From NCBI GenBank assembly GCA_964016885.1, contig OZ024740.1:363444001-363508000 (forward strand): a stretch of DNA of 64,000 nt, given 5' to 3'. The stretch is from Eledone cirrhosa (taxonomy: Eukaryota). The first letter of the stretch is position 1. Every line of letters begins with the position of its first letter. Positions 55,301-63,983 of this stretch are shown in pieces. The notes under the pieces were generated by a model. It worked only from the letters and a program-made list of their open reading frames with translations. It was not told where the DNA came from and did not search any database. The position numbers and the translations under genes are program-made.

Positions 55301-57536
55301 CATGTTTTAAAATGTTTGAGAACTATGTTGTGGACAAATACAATCAAACTCATACAAACACACACACATATGTGATATACTGAGAACTGCAGCTAGCGAT
55401 ACAAATTAGTAGGGATATTGGTTAATGCAGGTAGAAGTGGTGGTAAAGAAGAGGAGACAATGATTGTAGTGTTTTTTAAGCTATATTTATTTTTCTAATA
55501 ATCAGTTATTTAATGCATCCACTTTTGTGCAATTAAGTGCTGTATGCTAGATTGAACATTTTACAAAGAATTCAATTTCTACTTAGATTAGCTTATTAAA
55601 TGACAATTAATAAAGTCTGGGGCGAAATATTTAATGACATAGTGATTTACTTACTACAACCAATGTTTAGTCATTTTACATTCTGTAGGACTAGGAAACT
55701 AACTGATTTTGTTAGAGTGGTTAATGCCAATAGTCTGGGGCAGCATTTCTCAACCAGTGTTCCCTGAAACCCTAGAGTTCTGCAAAAAGAAACAGTGATA
55801 AATAAGCTAATGCATTTTTAGTAATAATGGTATATAATAATATGTATGCAGGGGTTCCCTGATGTATGAAAACTATTTCCACAGGGGTAAAAAGGTTGAG
55901 AAATCTAGGGAATCAAATTACCTTTCATGATAGGAATGCAGCCTCTATCATGAACACATTCAAGAAGCGTTCTATGAGAAACAACCTCATAGGAAGCCTG
56001 CTAAACCTAAGTGTGAGCTGTAACAACATACATATGCATGCATGGGATAGGACTGATGCTCCTAACATTAAAAAACCCCAAGAAACCTCATATGAGATGC
56101 AACTTTATAGAAGGTCAAATTAACCTGCATAGGTGTGAGCTATAAATTTAATTCAATTTTTTTTTTTTTCAAAGCAAGAAATGTGAAGTAAAAGATAATG
56201 GTAAAAATATTTCCTTTATATATTTAACTCTTAATGTCCTGTACCACATGAAACATTCTTGAAAAGTAAAAAAAAAAAAATGCAATACAATGCAAATTTT
56301 CACATTTGAATTAGCAAATCAATATTTATATATTCTCTGGTAAATTATTACAGGGTGTGAGGGTTAAAGAAAGAAAAACCAAGACGATAAAAACTCACAA
56401 GTGCTTTTTAAAACCTCAATTAAAATTAATAATATACCTCTATTGTTCTGTTATTGTTGAACTTCATTGGATCAAGCAATCAGTGTTCCAATTGTTTGAA
56501 CAGTGGAACAGCCTACTCATAAAATTAGCATGCAAGTAGCTGAGCATTCCACAAACACGTGTATCTTAACCCTTTAGCATTCACATTATTTTATATATAC
56601 TATTATATTTTCATCGTAAAGGCTTTACCTCACGTAATTATCTCACATAATATCGAATCTATGAGATTTTGAAAGTATTTATTTTGAGAACATACCACAA
56701 CATCAGTTTGAGCGACCAGTTACATCCAGTTTCAACAGAAAGAGGTAGAGAATTCCGGCCAGTTTTGGCCGGTTTGAACATTAAAGGGTTGGGATTCATT
56801 ATGACACAGTATATGTTAAGGTTGGTCTTTTGAATTACAGGTACAAATCATTTTTTACAGCTGAAATGACTGGAGTAATGTATTTTGCTCAAGAGAAATG
56901 TGCCACCAGAATTCGAATTTGTGACTATACAATCACACACAAAACACACACACCACTAAGCAATAAACCTTCACAAATACCTCTACATCTTATCTCAATC
57001 CTCATCTAAGCTTAAATTCTATACTTACCAGGTCATTACATGTACATATCTCAGAAATCCCATAAGGTTAATCAGATTGCTCGGTTGATATCTCCTGTAT
57101 ATGGTGCTCCCACTGAAGATCAATGTGTGCAGTTTTATTACAATATCTATGGCAGAAATGTTGGCTCCCTCAACATAATGGTAAGAAATTATTTTATAAA
57201 ATAATCATCATCATCATCAGCAGCAGCATCATTGTTTTTTCCAGGAACTATGTTAAAAAATAAACTTCATTTGGTCATTCCGCGAGAATATTTTGGTTAG
57301 CCTATGAACTTTTCAGCATGTGAACTTTTCAGCTGACCCTTGTAGATATTTTCTGTTAAATCATTACATGATGTTAAGAGTTAAACATATATTAATACTC
57401 TTCTTTTCAATAGCTACGCATCCATGATACAGAAATATATGACACATACAGCTACCTTGAAATTAAAGGTGATCAAAAAAAAGGATGGCTACTTGGAATG
57501 GTAGAAGTACCAAAGCTTGTGGACAATAAATTTCAG
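10585..57536 (+). CDS. Multi-exon gene for a secreted/cell-surface protein with signal peptide and at least 5 tandem MAM domains (MALRD1/MAM-repeat-like); 3'-incomplete in window
   Basis: 17 exons with AG acceptors and GT (one GC) donors join into an open 851-codon frame with consistent phases. Each MAM shows C-x-F-[DE]...LC-x-W/F/Y, DHTxG-G-x-Y, C[LV]xF[WY]Y, GDQG..W and IAIDD..C motifs. No LDLa domain or stop codon seen in the window. Confidence 0.92.
13540..14420 (-). mobile_element. R4/Dong-like restriction-endonuclease retrotransposon remnant
   Basis: TDRTIKTNKLDIIVKD...LIDISIPWD...KEFDKLKEYKDI (PD-(D/E)xK REL domain), preceded by EGFILAPQDQSL...ETVDHL. Confidence 0.78.
15307..19040 (-). 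mobile_element. Near full-length RTE LINE subfamily A (APE + RT with PHD-type insert), few frameshifts
   Basis: CCIQETRW, GVGI, SAYAPQ, GDLNGHVG, SQVDYIL, SQHRL (APE); NYRGIKL, DLEKAFDRV, GVHQGS.LSPLLF, YADDL, FRYLG (RT); 3' UTR and (GAT)n tail. Confidence 0.95.
15424..15878. repeat. Four tandem 112-bp units in RTE-A 3' UTR
   Basis: GGACTGTCTGGCGGGTTTTCTACAG... starts at about 15424, 15536, 15648, 15760; near-identical. Confidence 0.95.
19575..20640. repeat. About 1.07 kb palindrome of two tail-outward RTE-A 3' ends
   Basis: Arms about 19575-20088 and 20133-20640, 44-nt spacer; same peptide (KKCRAMKIDGS.GVGRPRNTWDEVI) on both strands. Confidence 0.93.
20688..21046. repeat. Fold-back element with Penelope-type hammerhead-like motif in each arm
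   Basis: Arms about 20688-20863 / 20882-21046; CCT-[CT]GGAA[TG]A-AGAGATATTAATCTC-GAAA-TA-TC-AGG on both strands, core mutated. Confidence 0.8.
21762..21845 (-). ncRNA. Putative type I hammerhead ribozyme, extended stem II
   Basis: GCCTT-CTGACGA-AAGTC...GATTT-GAAAC-CGCGCG-TTA-AAGGC: stem I 5 bp, intact core, one stem III mismatch. Confidence 0.65.
22095..22608. repeat. Nested direct/inverted repeat element between (TA)n tracts
   Basis: TATTTGACAATATACCGTATGTTTAATT direct at about 22096 and 22367, inverted at about 22527-22556; perfect 18-bp hairpin at 22399-22438. Confidence 0.85.
22657..23270 (-). repeat. RTE-A-type 3' tail with 10 tandem 48-bp units
   Basis: ACCACTTTACAGT[TC]TGGACTGGG... 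every 48 nt from 22813 to 23245. Confidence 0.93.
23793..23987. mobile_element. Palindromic MITE-like element, about 190 bp
   Basis: TGTTGTGCGAG...GGGCAAGTTGG / CCAACTTGCCC...CTCGCACAGCA imperfect arms around a few-nt loop. Confidence 0.75.
24440..25632 (+). mobile_element. RTE-clade LINE, third family, degraded RT to 3' end
   Basis: FVELKKAYDHVPR..LW.VL.EY, LSPLLFIIFM, FADD, KFKYLG, RPRG.P; (GAA)n-like tail; no PHD insert. Confidence 0.85.
26080..26214 (+). CDS. exon 2, MAM1 N-part (VINGQHVCDFDKDLCNW...PDHTTG)
   Basis: tttcAG acceptor, T|GTATGT donor, phase 1-1. Confidence 0.92.
27883..28148 (+). CDS. exon 3, MAM1 middle (SGYYLHLE...CLSFYYYM...ENQ)
   Basis: tttcAG acceptor, CAG|GTAAGC donor, phase 1-0. 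Confidence 0.92.
29060..29156 (+). CDS. exon 4, MAM1 C-part (LMFEAHLEGPSDIAIDDVQLEEGNCQELNMTS)
   Basis: tttcAG acceptor; donor read as CAG|GCAAGT (GC-AG intron), phase 0-1. Confidence 0.85.
29503..29793. repeat. (CA)n / (TA)n / (TG)n microsatellites
   Basis: Directly visible. Confidence 0.95.
30931..31119 (+). CDS. exon 5, linker + MAM2 N-part (GYDSL...CNFEQKALCGF...DHTFRTGS)
   Basis: ctgtAG acceptor, G|GTAAAG donor, phase 1-1. Confidence 0.9.
31475..31713 (+). CDS. exon 6, MAM2 middle (GKYLY...CLQFWYNMYG...GDQGFGW...DFN)
   Basis: tttcAG acceptor, AAT|GTAAGT donor, phase 1-0. Confidence 0.92.
31740..32075 (+). repeat. Old RTE-tail-related element with degenerate 45-48 bp tandem units
   Basis: Repeated GTGCCATGATAAAATGCACCCAG..ACTCTGTAAAGT then GGCATTAGGAAGAGCATCCAACTGTAGAA; similar remnants near 28630, 30700, 47400, 48660. 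Confidence 0.65.
32516..32606 (+). CDS. exon 7, MAM2 C-part (ITFNAWNSYGSDGYIALDDIHLQQGKCSRP)
   Basis: tttcAG acceptor, CAG|GTTTGG donor, phase 0-1. Confidence 0.9.
32720..33000 (-). mobile_element. Second tRNA-derived SINE family (related copies near 19030, 27000, 53640, 56490)
   Basis: Shared TAGTTCTCAGG..ATT...GTGACA...GCCAACTGAGTGGACT...AAATAAAGTGTCTTGCTCAAG block. Confidence 0.6.
33280..36665 (+). mobile_element. CR1-type LINE, second copy, more degraded
   Basis: Collinear with 2870-6265 over ORF1 tail, APE and RT; (ATT)n tail. Confidence 0.92.
36894..37028 (+). CDS. exon 8, MAM3 N-part (DVCNFERAMCSW...DHTHGTNK)
   Basis: poly-T...aaAG acceptor, AAG|GTAACG donor, phase 1-1. Confidence 0.9.
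37780..38036 (+). CDS. exon 9, MAM3 middle (GTYLFLD...CLHFWYHMKG...GDQGSTW...NFY)
   Basis: ttacAG acceptor, TAT|GTAAAT donor, phase 1-0. Confidence 0.9.
39382..39597 (-). mobile_element. Nin/Deu-domain tRNA SINE
   Basis: Same body as 63488-63680; inserted in an AT-rich MITE-derived array. Confidence 0.82.
39925..40009 (+). CDS. exon 10, MAM3 C-part (LVIEGIIGLNNTGGIAIDDLAINSIQCQ)
   Basis: accAG acceptor, A|GTAAGT donor, phase 0-1. Confidence 0.9.
40106..40195 (+). CDS. exon 11, Thr/Ser/Lys/Pro-rich linker (TTPSKANLQKSVVKTTKKSITSIPVTIEPG)
   Basis: ggtAG acceptor 96 nt after exon 10, A|GTAAGT donor, 90 nt, open, phase 1-1. Confidence 0.75.
40272..42620 (-). mobile_element. RTE LINE subfamily B, 5'-truncated, RT largely open
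   Basis: 447-aa ORF 41051-42394 with YADDL and KWPCSICRKG; (GAT)n tail abutting (CA)n. Confidence 0.95.
43005..43220 (-). mobile_element. Nin/Deu-domain tRNA SINE
   Basis: Same family as 7706-7925. Confidence 0.8.
43221..43751. repeat. Fold-back element with extra direct repeat
   Basis: Arms about 43221-43355 / 43539-43667; about 55 bp direct repeat at 43357-43410 and 43697-43751. Confidence 0.82.
43761..44310 (-). mobile_element. RTE-A-type 3' fragment and tail
   Basis: RLHWYGHVMHIKDDSCVKRC...TWDEVI...VIQKT; (CAT)n terminus. Confidence 0.8.
44310..44625 (+). mobile_element. CR1/L2-group LINE C-terminal fragment (different family)
   Basis: NSLGFKGSQLFNKLPRNLKDLHG...FD..L..IPDE pattern. 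Confidence 0.6.
44660..44948 (+). mobile_element. RTE-A 3' UTR/tail copy
   Basis: Reverse complement of 15307-15540 / 15870-15960; ends (GAT)n then (TA)n. Confidence 0.88.
45027..45743. repeat. Near-perfect 161/165 bp inverted repeat, 391-bp spacer, between (TA)n tracts
   Basis: 45027-45187 is the reverse complement of 45579-45743 except one substitution and one AACC unit; related to 21085-21600. Confidence 0.93.
47071..47211 (+). CDS. exon 12, MAM4 N-part (TDTLFTCTFENGLCNW...GPQGDHTTG)
   Basis: aacAGcAG tandem acceptor, T|GTAAGT donor, phase 1-1. Confidence 0.9.
47828..48060. mobile_element. TTAA-flanked AT-rich MITE (many degraded copies in window)
   Basis: TTAA-ACCTTTTGATACC...GTCACAAAAGGG-TTAA; relatives near 10714, 24250, 37350-37560, 38757-39000, 46757-47008, 50626. 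Confidence 0.65.
48134..48399 (+). CDS. exon 13, MAM4 middle (SGHYLYID...CLKFWYNMRG...NDQGPNW...DMK)
   Basis: ttttcAG acceptor, AAG|GTGATA donor, 266 nt like exon 3, phase 1-0. Confidence 0.88.
48971..49147. repeat. Hairpin, 71-bp arms, 35-nt loop
   Basis: 48971-49041 vs 49077-49147, two mismatches. Confidence 0.92.
49427..49643. mobile_element. piggyBac-like non-autonomous element
   Basis: TTAA-CCCTTTAGCATTTA...TAAATGCTTAAAGG-TTAA; second copy at 56566-56790. Confidence 0.75.
50020..50510 (-). mobile_element. Highly degraded LINE (probably RTE) 3' fragment
   Basis: Nucleotide resemblance to RTE C-terminal coding region; no clean ORF. Confidence 0.4.
50742..50826 (+). CDS. exon 14, MAM4 C-part (IIIEGKKGGNFVGNIAIDDISITSDSCY)
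   Basis: cctcAG acceptor, G|GTATGT donor, 85 nt like exon 10, phase 0-1. Confidence 0.92.
50845..50985 (+). mobile_element. Nin/Deu-domain tRNA SINE just after exon 14
   Basis: TTGGCAGTATCGGTAGAG...ATTCAAATCCTGCCGAGGTTAACTTTGCCTTTCATCC...GTACCAG. Confidence 0.8.
51574..52922 (-). mobile_element. RTE LINE subfamily B, 5'-truncated
   Basis: ORFs 52319-52918 and 51639-52424 (YADDL, PHD-type Cys motif, FWYLG); (GAT)n tail. Confidence 0.95.
53984..54133 (+). CDS. exon 15, MAM5 N-part (ESYGRCDFESRSLCGY...PTKDHTYGSRR)
   Basis: taacAG acceptor, GAG|GTTAGA donor, phase 1-1. Confidence 0.9.
54250..54715 (+). mobile_element. Tandem cluster of three Nin/Deu-domain SINE copies/fragments
   Basis: GTTCAAATC B-boxes near 54328, 54505, 54675, each followed by CCTTTCAT. 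Confidence 0.78.
54716..55060 (+). mobile_element. 3' fragment of the third RTE family
   Basis: Close match to 25285-25632. Confidence 0.85.
56566..56790. mobile_element. piggyBac-like non-autonomous element nested in a SINE
   Basis: TTAA-CCCTTTAGCATT...ATTAAAGGG; interrupts the 56490-56970 SINE at its TTAA. Confidence 0.72.
57032..57180 (+). CDS. exon 16, MAM5 middle a (GHYMYI...ARLISP...CVQFYYNIYGRNVGSLNIM)
   Basis: accAG acceptor, ATG|GTAAGA donor, phase 1-0. Confidence 0.92.
57414..57536 (+). CDS. exon 17, MAM5 middle b (LRIHD...GDQKKGWLLG...NKFQ)
   Basis: caatAG acceptor, CAG|GTAAGA donor, 123 nt open, phase 0-0. Confidence 0.88.
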
Positions 57537-57887
57537 GTAAGAGACACACCATTTTTACTCTCCCCTCTCTTTTCTCTCTCACACACACATACAAATAACA
57601 TATTGTTGCAAGCTATTAAACATTAGTTTTTGAAGAATCTCTCTCTCTCTGAAAGCAGTGATTCTTTGCTTAAACTTTAATCTGTTATTTTAATTAATAT
57701 ATATATATATATATATATAAATATATATATATATATCGAGGGAGTGTAACTTGGAGTTACTATAGGTTCACCCGGGTGAGCACTCAATGTTTAGGTTCAC
57801 TTCTGTGTCGAGGTGTAGAGCTAGACAGAGTGACTATAGTAAAATAAAATAAAATGATTGGTTACTTCTTCATTACGTTTATTGGTT

Positions 57888-57973
57888 GGTGACACACGTT
57901 TCGCCACTGATCAGCTCAAGGTTCGATCTGTATCAATCTAGCCCGACTCTGTAATCTGCGGCTCGTCAGACCC
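57888..57973 (-). ncRNA. Type I hammerhead ribozyme in the PLE terminal repeat
   Basis: GGT-CTGACGA-GCCGC...GTGGC-GAAAC-GTGT-GTC-ACC: intact core, GUC site, minimal stem III, long stem II insert; AATAAA just downstream. Confidence 0.82.
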
Positions 57974-58536
57974 CTTACAATGGTAAGGGGAAAATGATTA
58001 TACATGGTGTATGAGAAGGTCTGATGTTCCTATGGTGGTCAGTGAAATTTGTTTTGATTGTTGGGTTAATTCAGAGGGTTGTTTTTGCCTGTAGCATATG
58101 TGGGTGGTGATAAGTTGGTGGTGCCGGGCCGTAGGTTGAAATGGCAGTGTAGAGGTGTTGAAATGGCAGTGTAGAGGTGTTGATTGTCACTAGACGGTTT
58201 GACATGTAGATGTGGCTGATTTTTGTGTGGGGTGTGGGTGTGGTGGTAGTGCAGTTTATGATACTGGATGAAAGATTGCGCTGTTTAGGGTGGGGTGTTA
58301 TGTGTGGTAGTGGATTGTTAAGGGGGCTCATGTTATAAGAAGTTAATGTTCAGAGTGTATGTAAAAGCATGTAGATACATATATACACGCAGCCATTATT
58401 ATATACATACACATGTGTATATATATATAGCCAGTGGGGATACATGGTGTGGGCGAGTGCACAAACATACGTACACACATAGACATCCACATGCAGTGTT
58501 TAGGGTGGGATGTTAGGTGTGGTATGTGTTGGTGAG

Positions 58537-59017
58537 GTTGATGGCTGTGGATGTATTGTGATGCGTTAGGTGGTGGGGGTGGGCATGATGGGTGCGACAT
58601 GATATTTACAGGATCGAATGTTACAATGGGTTACAAGTTAAAAACTGACAGAGAAAACAATGGTACTGAAATGAGTGATGGTGTGGTAAGGTATTGGTGA
58701 TTATCCTTATGTTGAGTTCAAGCTAGGGTTTGTCCTTGGCTCATGGCGGAATGTCTGGGTGGAGAAGGTGTTGCTGATGTTGATGGTTGTGGATGTATGG
58801 TGATGTGTTTAGTGGTGGTGGTGGTGGGGGTGATGAATGCGACATGACATTTACAAGATTGGATCTTACAATGGGTTACATGTTAAAATATGACTGAGAA
58901 AACAATGGTACTGAAATGCGGGACGGTGTGGTAAGGCAGTGGGGATTGTCCCTATGTTGAGTTCAAGTCAGGGTTAGTCGTTGGCCCATGGCCAAATGTC
59001 TGTGCAGAGAAGGTGTT
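58537..59017. repeat. Diverged tandem duplication (about 240 bp) spanning the PLE ORF end
   Basis: GTTGATGG.TGTGGATGTAT...GAGAAGGTGTT at about 58537-58772 and 58779-59017. Confidence 0.85.
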
Positions 59018-60021
59018 CTTCCTGGTGTGTCTGCAGTTTATTATTATGTCTGATCTTGAGGTTATGGCCGATTTCAACTTGATGATCTCGACTGCCTCGG
59101 CCAGACATAACCTGCAGTGGTTTCTGTCATTGGGGAGATGAGCCACGTGTCTCTTAACTGACCATTTGATCTGGTATTCCATGTTCTTGTCTTTGAGGTC
59201 CCAGATCAAGTCCGCCAGTCTGGTTTGGGAGCGTTTGGGCCTGTGGTTGAAAGAGCTTCTGTGGTTATACTAACGCTCTTTAAATGTAGTCAAAGTCGCG
59301 CCTATGTAGAAGTACTCTTTTCGGCCGGCTGTGACATCGCACTGGTAAATAATGTTTTTAACGAGGCACTCCTCGTTCAATGGGCATTCCTCTCCCTTTT
59401 TGCAGTTGCAGTTGGGGGTTATGGGTTGGTTGTTAAGTTGCCGGTTGTTCAGATTCTGTATGGAGCTAGCACATAGTTGGTTGTTGTGGTGTGTTGTCTG
59501 TGCAATGTTGTTTTGGGTTGTGCTAGTGGTTAGTTGTGGTACTTGCATGTGTTTGCGTATTTTTGTCCTATTTGTGTGTGCTATCGTGTCGCCTAGATTT
59601 GGTGTTGTGGAGAAAGAGAATTTGACAGTGTGCCTATTAAAGAGCTTGTGGTATTTATATGTGGGTGGGAAGGATTGTTCCAGAGCTCTGAAGAAGGTTC
59701 CCGGTATATTGGTGGCAACGTGTATAGAGTACGGGGCGTTGTACCATGTCACGGGTCTGCTCCAGGCTTTACGGTGTTTAGTGCGGTTGTTGTGGTTTGG
59801 TGGGTGTGTGGGTGCATTTTGGTCAGGCGTATTTGTCGTGGGGGTTCCTGCTATTCTATTGCCATTTAGTCTAGGGTCTCTATTACTATGTAGTCATGTG
59901 TGATATTCGGAGTCCTTACGGGGGTTGGAGTGTATAGCTTTATCTCCTTGGCAGTTGTATGTATCGTCACCTGTCCTGCCGGCTAACTGTGGTCTTTGCT
60001 TGGTATTTATTCTAGGTGATA

Positions 60022-61055
<1,034 letters not shown>

Positions 61056-61119
61056 ATATATATATATATATATAGGAGGAGGTTATAGTTCACTTGAAGC
61101 ATTGTGTAATGAGGTATAA

Positions 61120-61453
61120 ACGTTTGAATATGTATAATAAAGCCAAAACAATGCAGGTATGGACATAGAAAAAAGAATGCAATTGCAAAAGATATTGTTG
61201 ACAATTCGTCTTTTACCTTAGATTTATTTAAATGTCCTTAATTTTCGAGATAATATCTCTTCTTCAGAGGGAAATAAAGGTCTCAAACAAGCGTTCTAAA
61301 TATCTTGCCAAGCCATTAAGGACATCGAAAATTAAGGACATTTAAATAAATCTAAGGTAAAAGACGAATTGTCAACAATATCTTTTGCAATTGCATTCTT
61401 TTTTCTATGTCCATACCTGCATTGTTTTGGCTTTATTATACATATTCAAACGT
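61120..61453. repeat. Perfect 129-bp inverted repeat with hammerhead motif in the loop
   Basis: 61120-61248 vs 61325-61453; minus strand CCT-CTGAAGA-AGAGATATTATCTC-GAAA-AT-TA-AGG at about 61236-61270. Confidence 0.9.
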
Positions 61454-61468
61454 ATATATATATATATA

Positions 61469-62995
61469 ATCATCATCGTCATCATTTAAGGTCCATCTTC
61501 CACACTAGCACGGGTTAGACGGGATTGTCCCACTTGAGGCAAGATCGGTCGAGTGACCGTGTCTCGCTTGTATAGAACTGTATCTGGCATGTTTTCCATG
61601 GCTGGATGCCCTTCCTAACACCAACCACATTTACAGTGTGGACTGAGACCCTTTTTACTGTGAACCCTACACGATCACTTTATAGCGTAGACTGGTTGCC
61701 TTTGGTCGTGACACCTACACAACCACTTTACAGTGTGGACTGGATGTTCTGTGGTACCAATATAACTTTACAGAGAAAGGGTGGTGTGGGTGGAAGTGGG
61801 AGGATGGAGTAGGGGTAGTGGGGTGGGGTGTATATTTGGTTAAGAGGTGCCTATTGACAGTAGTGTTAACTTCATACGTAAGAGAAGGCGGGTCTTCTGT
61901 ATTACTGTGTAGCACCAAAGGTCTCGATCCAGTGACATTGTCTTAGAGAGGTGTAAGTGTGCAAGGTCAGTTTTTATCATGTCGTCCCAGGTTTTTCTGG
62001 GTCTACCTACTCCATAGCTTCCATCAATTTTGATCGCCCTGTACTTTTTTATACAGCTGTCGTCTTTCATGCATCTCACGACCATACCACGTAATACGAC
62101 CATACCAATGTAATCTCCTCTCTAGTATACCGCATCTGATCCCTCTATTCCTAATTTCTCACTTAGTTCATTTATGTTTTGCCATTTGTGTATATTGCAG
62201 GCTTCATTCCTTTCCAATCTACACAGGTCCTCTGTATGCAATACCTAGGTCTCACTGCCATGTAACATTGCTGTTCATATACAAGCATCATACAATCTGT
62301 CTTTCATTTTTAGAGAGAAACATTTTGTGACCAACAGTGGTATTAGCTCTCTGAACTTTTTCCATCCCATTCTAACTCTGGCTACTGTACTTTCAGAGTA
62401 CCCTCAATCACTGCTGATTTTGTCACCCAGGTAACGGAAAGTGTCAACTATTTCTATAGAACCATCTTGGCAGTTGAAGGGGCTAGTATCCAGTGGGCAC
62501 TTGCTACTTACTGAACCTGAGTATCTGCCACATATAAAATCTACATTCTTAGATTGCTCTACTGTGATCCCACTAGAACTTTAGTCTTAGACAGTTTATC
62601 TTTAAGGCCTTTCGATTCTAGACCATGCCTCCATGTTTGGAATTTCTTCTCTAGTTCAACCATAGATTCAGCTCTGAGAGTTAGATCATATGCATATAGA
62701 AGTTCCCATGGGCAGCCGGTCTTAAACTCTTCTGTTATAACTCATAGTGCAATAATAAACAGGAGGAGTCTAAGGACTGAGCCTTGATGATCACCTACTT
62801 TTACGCTAAATTCTTCACTATATTCATTGTTAATTCTAACCTTGCTGACTGTTTCTCTATACATGGCTTGTATAGCTCTCACAAGCCATTCATCTACTCC
62901 TAGTTTTCTAAAAGCCCACCAGATAATGGAGCTGGGGACTCTGTCAAAGGCTTTCTCCAAGTCAACAAAAGATTAGTAGAGGAGTTTACTTTTAG
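61469..62995 (-). mobile_element. RTE LINE subfamily A, degraded, 5'-truncated
   Basis: EKAFDRVP..IIWW, GDHQGSVL, KDDSCIKK..GRPRKTWD; (GAT)n tail; internal deletion through the PHD insert. Confidence 0.9.
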
Positions 62996-63107
62996 CTATA
63001 CATATATATATGTGTATGTGTGTGTGTGAGTGTGTGTGTGTGTGTGTGTGTGTCTGGAACTAGTTGTCGAAACGGCAAGTGCTCTTTATAATATATGTAT
63101 GTATAAC

Positions 63108-63464
63108 AAAATACACCCCGTCCCACCACCCCCACCCCCACCCGATCCACACCACCCCGTTCTATGTAAAGTTATGTTGGTGCCGCGCCATCGAGGCCGA
63201 AACAAATGAGATCGTGTAGGTGTCACGACAAAAAAACACACAGTCCACGCTGTAATGTGGCCGTGTAGGCAACACGGTAAAAACCTCCCAGACCCACACT
63301 GTAAATGTGGTTGGTGTTAGGAAGGGCATCCAACTGTAGAAAACCTGCCAGACAGTCCTATGCGAGCAAGACAATCACTCTTGCCTCAAGTGGGACTACC
63401 CCCGTCCAAACCCATGCAAGCGTGGAACACGGACGTTAAACGTTGATGATGATGATGATGATGA
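63108..63464 (+). mobile_element. RTE-A 3' UTR/tail copy with a single 112-bp-type unit
   Basis: Reverse complement of 15307-16012 without the tandem expansion. Confidence 0.9.
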
Positions 63465-63487
63465 TATATATATATATACATATACTA

Positions 63488-63680
63488 ATAATTGTTTCTA
63501 CTTTAGGCACAAGGCCAGCAATTACCCAGTACATTACTGGTACTTTATTTTATCGACCCCGTAAGGATGAAAGGCAAAGTTAACCTAGGCGGGATTTGAA
63601 CTCAGACTGTAAAGGGACGTAACTATGCTAGAAAGCATGGTGTCTGACGCTCTACCGATTCTGCCAATCTATCACCCTAA
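63488..63680 (-). mobile_element. Nin/Deu-domain tRNA SINE
   Basis: A-box-like TGGCAGAATCGG and B-box GAGTTCAAATCC on the minus strand. Confidence 0.85.
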
Positions 63681-63691
63681 TAATAATAAAA

Positions 63692-63800
63692 GGTTTTGAT
63701 TCCAGAGTTGGGCCAAATCGATACAGATCGAGCCTTGAGCTGATCAATCACAAAACACACATCACACATCAATAAACGTAATGAAGATTTAACACTTCAT
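63692..63800 (+). mobile_element. Decayed copy of the PLE terminal repeat at 57860-57960
   Basis: GATACAGATCGA.CCTTGAGCTGATCA...AATAAACGTAATGAAGA shared; hammerhead core lost. Confidence 0.75.
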
Positions 63801-63807
63801 CCTTTTT

Positions 63808-63983
63808 ATTGGTAGTATGTCAGACAGCATGCTTTGCAGCATAGAGTTATGGCCTTTTAAGTTCTGAGTTCAAATCCCGTCGAGGTTAACTTTGCCTTTC
63901 ATCCTTATTGGGTCGATAAAATAAAGCACCAGTAATGCACTGGGGTAATTGCTGGCCTTGTGCCAAAAGTAGAAACAATTATT
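63808..63983 (+). mobile_element. Nin/Deu-domain tRNA SINE
   Basis: Inverted relative to 63488-63680. Confidence 0.85.

Noticed and set aside
59270-59272. In-frame stop in the Naiad ORF as possible selenocysteine recoding
   Set aside because: The codon is TAG, not TGA, at a position where an aromatic residue is expected; simple nonsense mutation.
63560-63680. tRNA gene
   Set aside because: A/B-box-like motifs belong to SINE heads; no cloverleaf.
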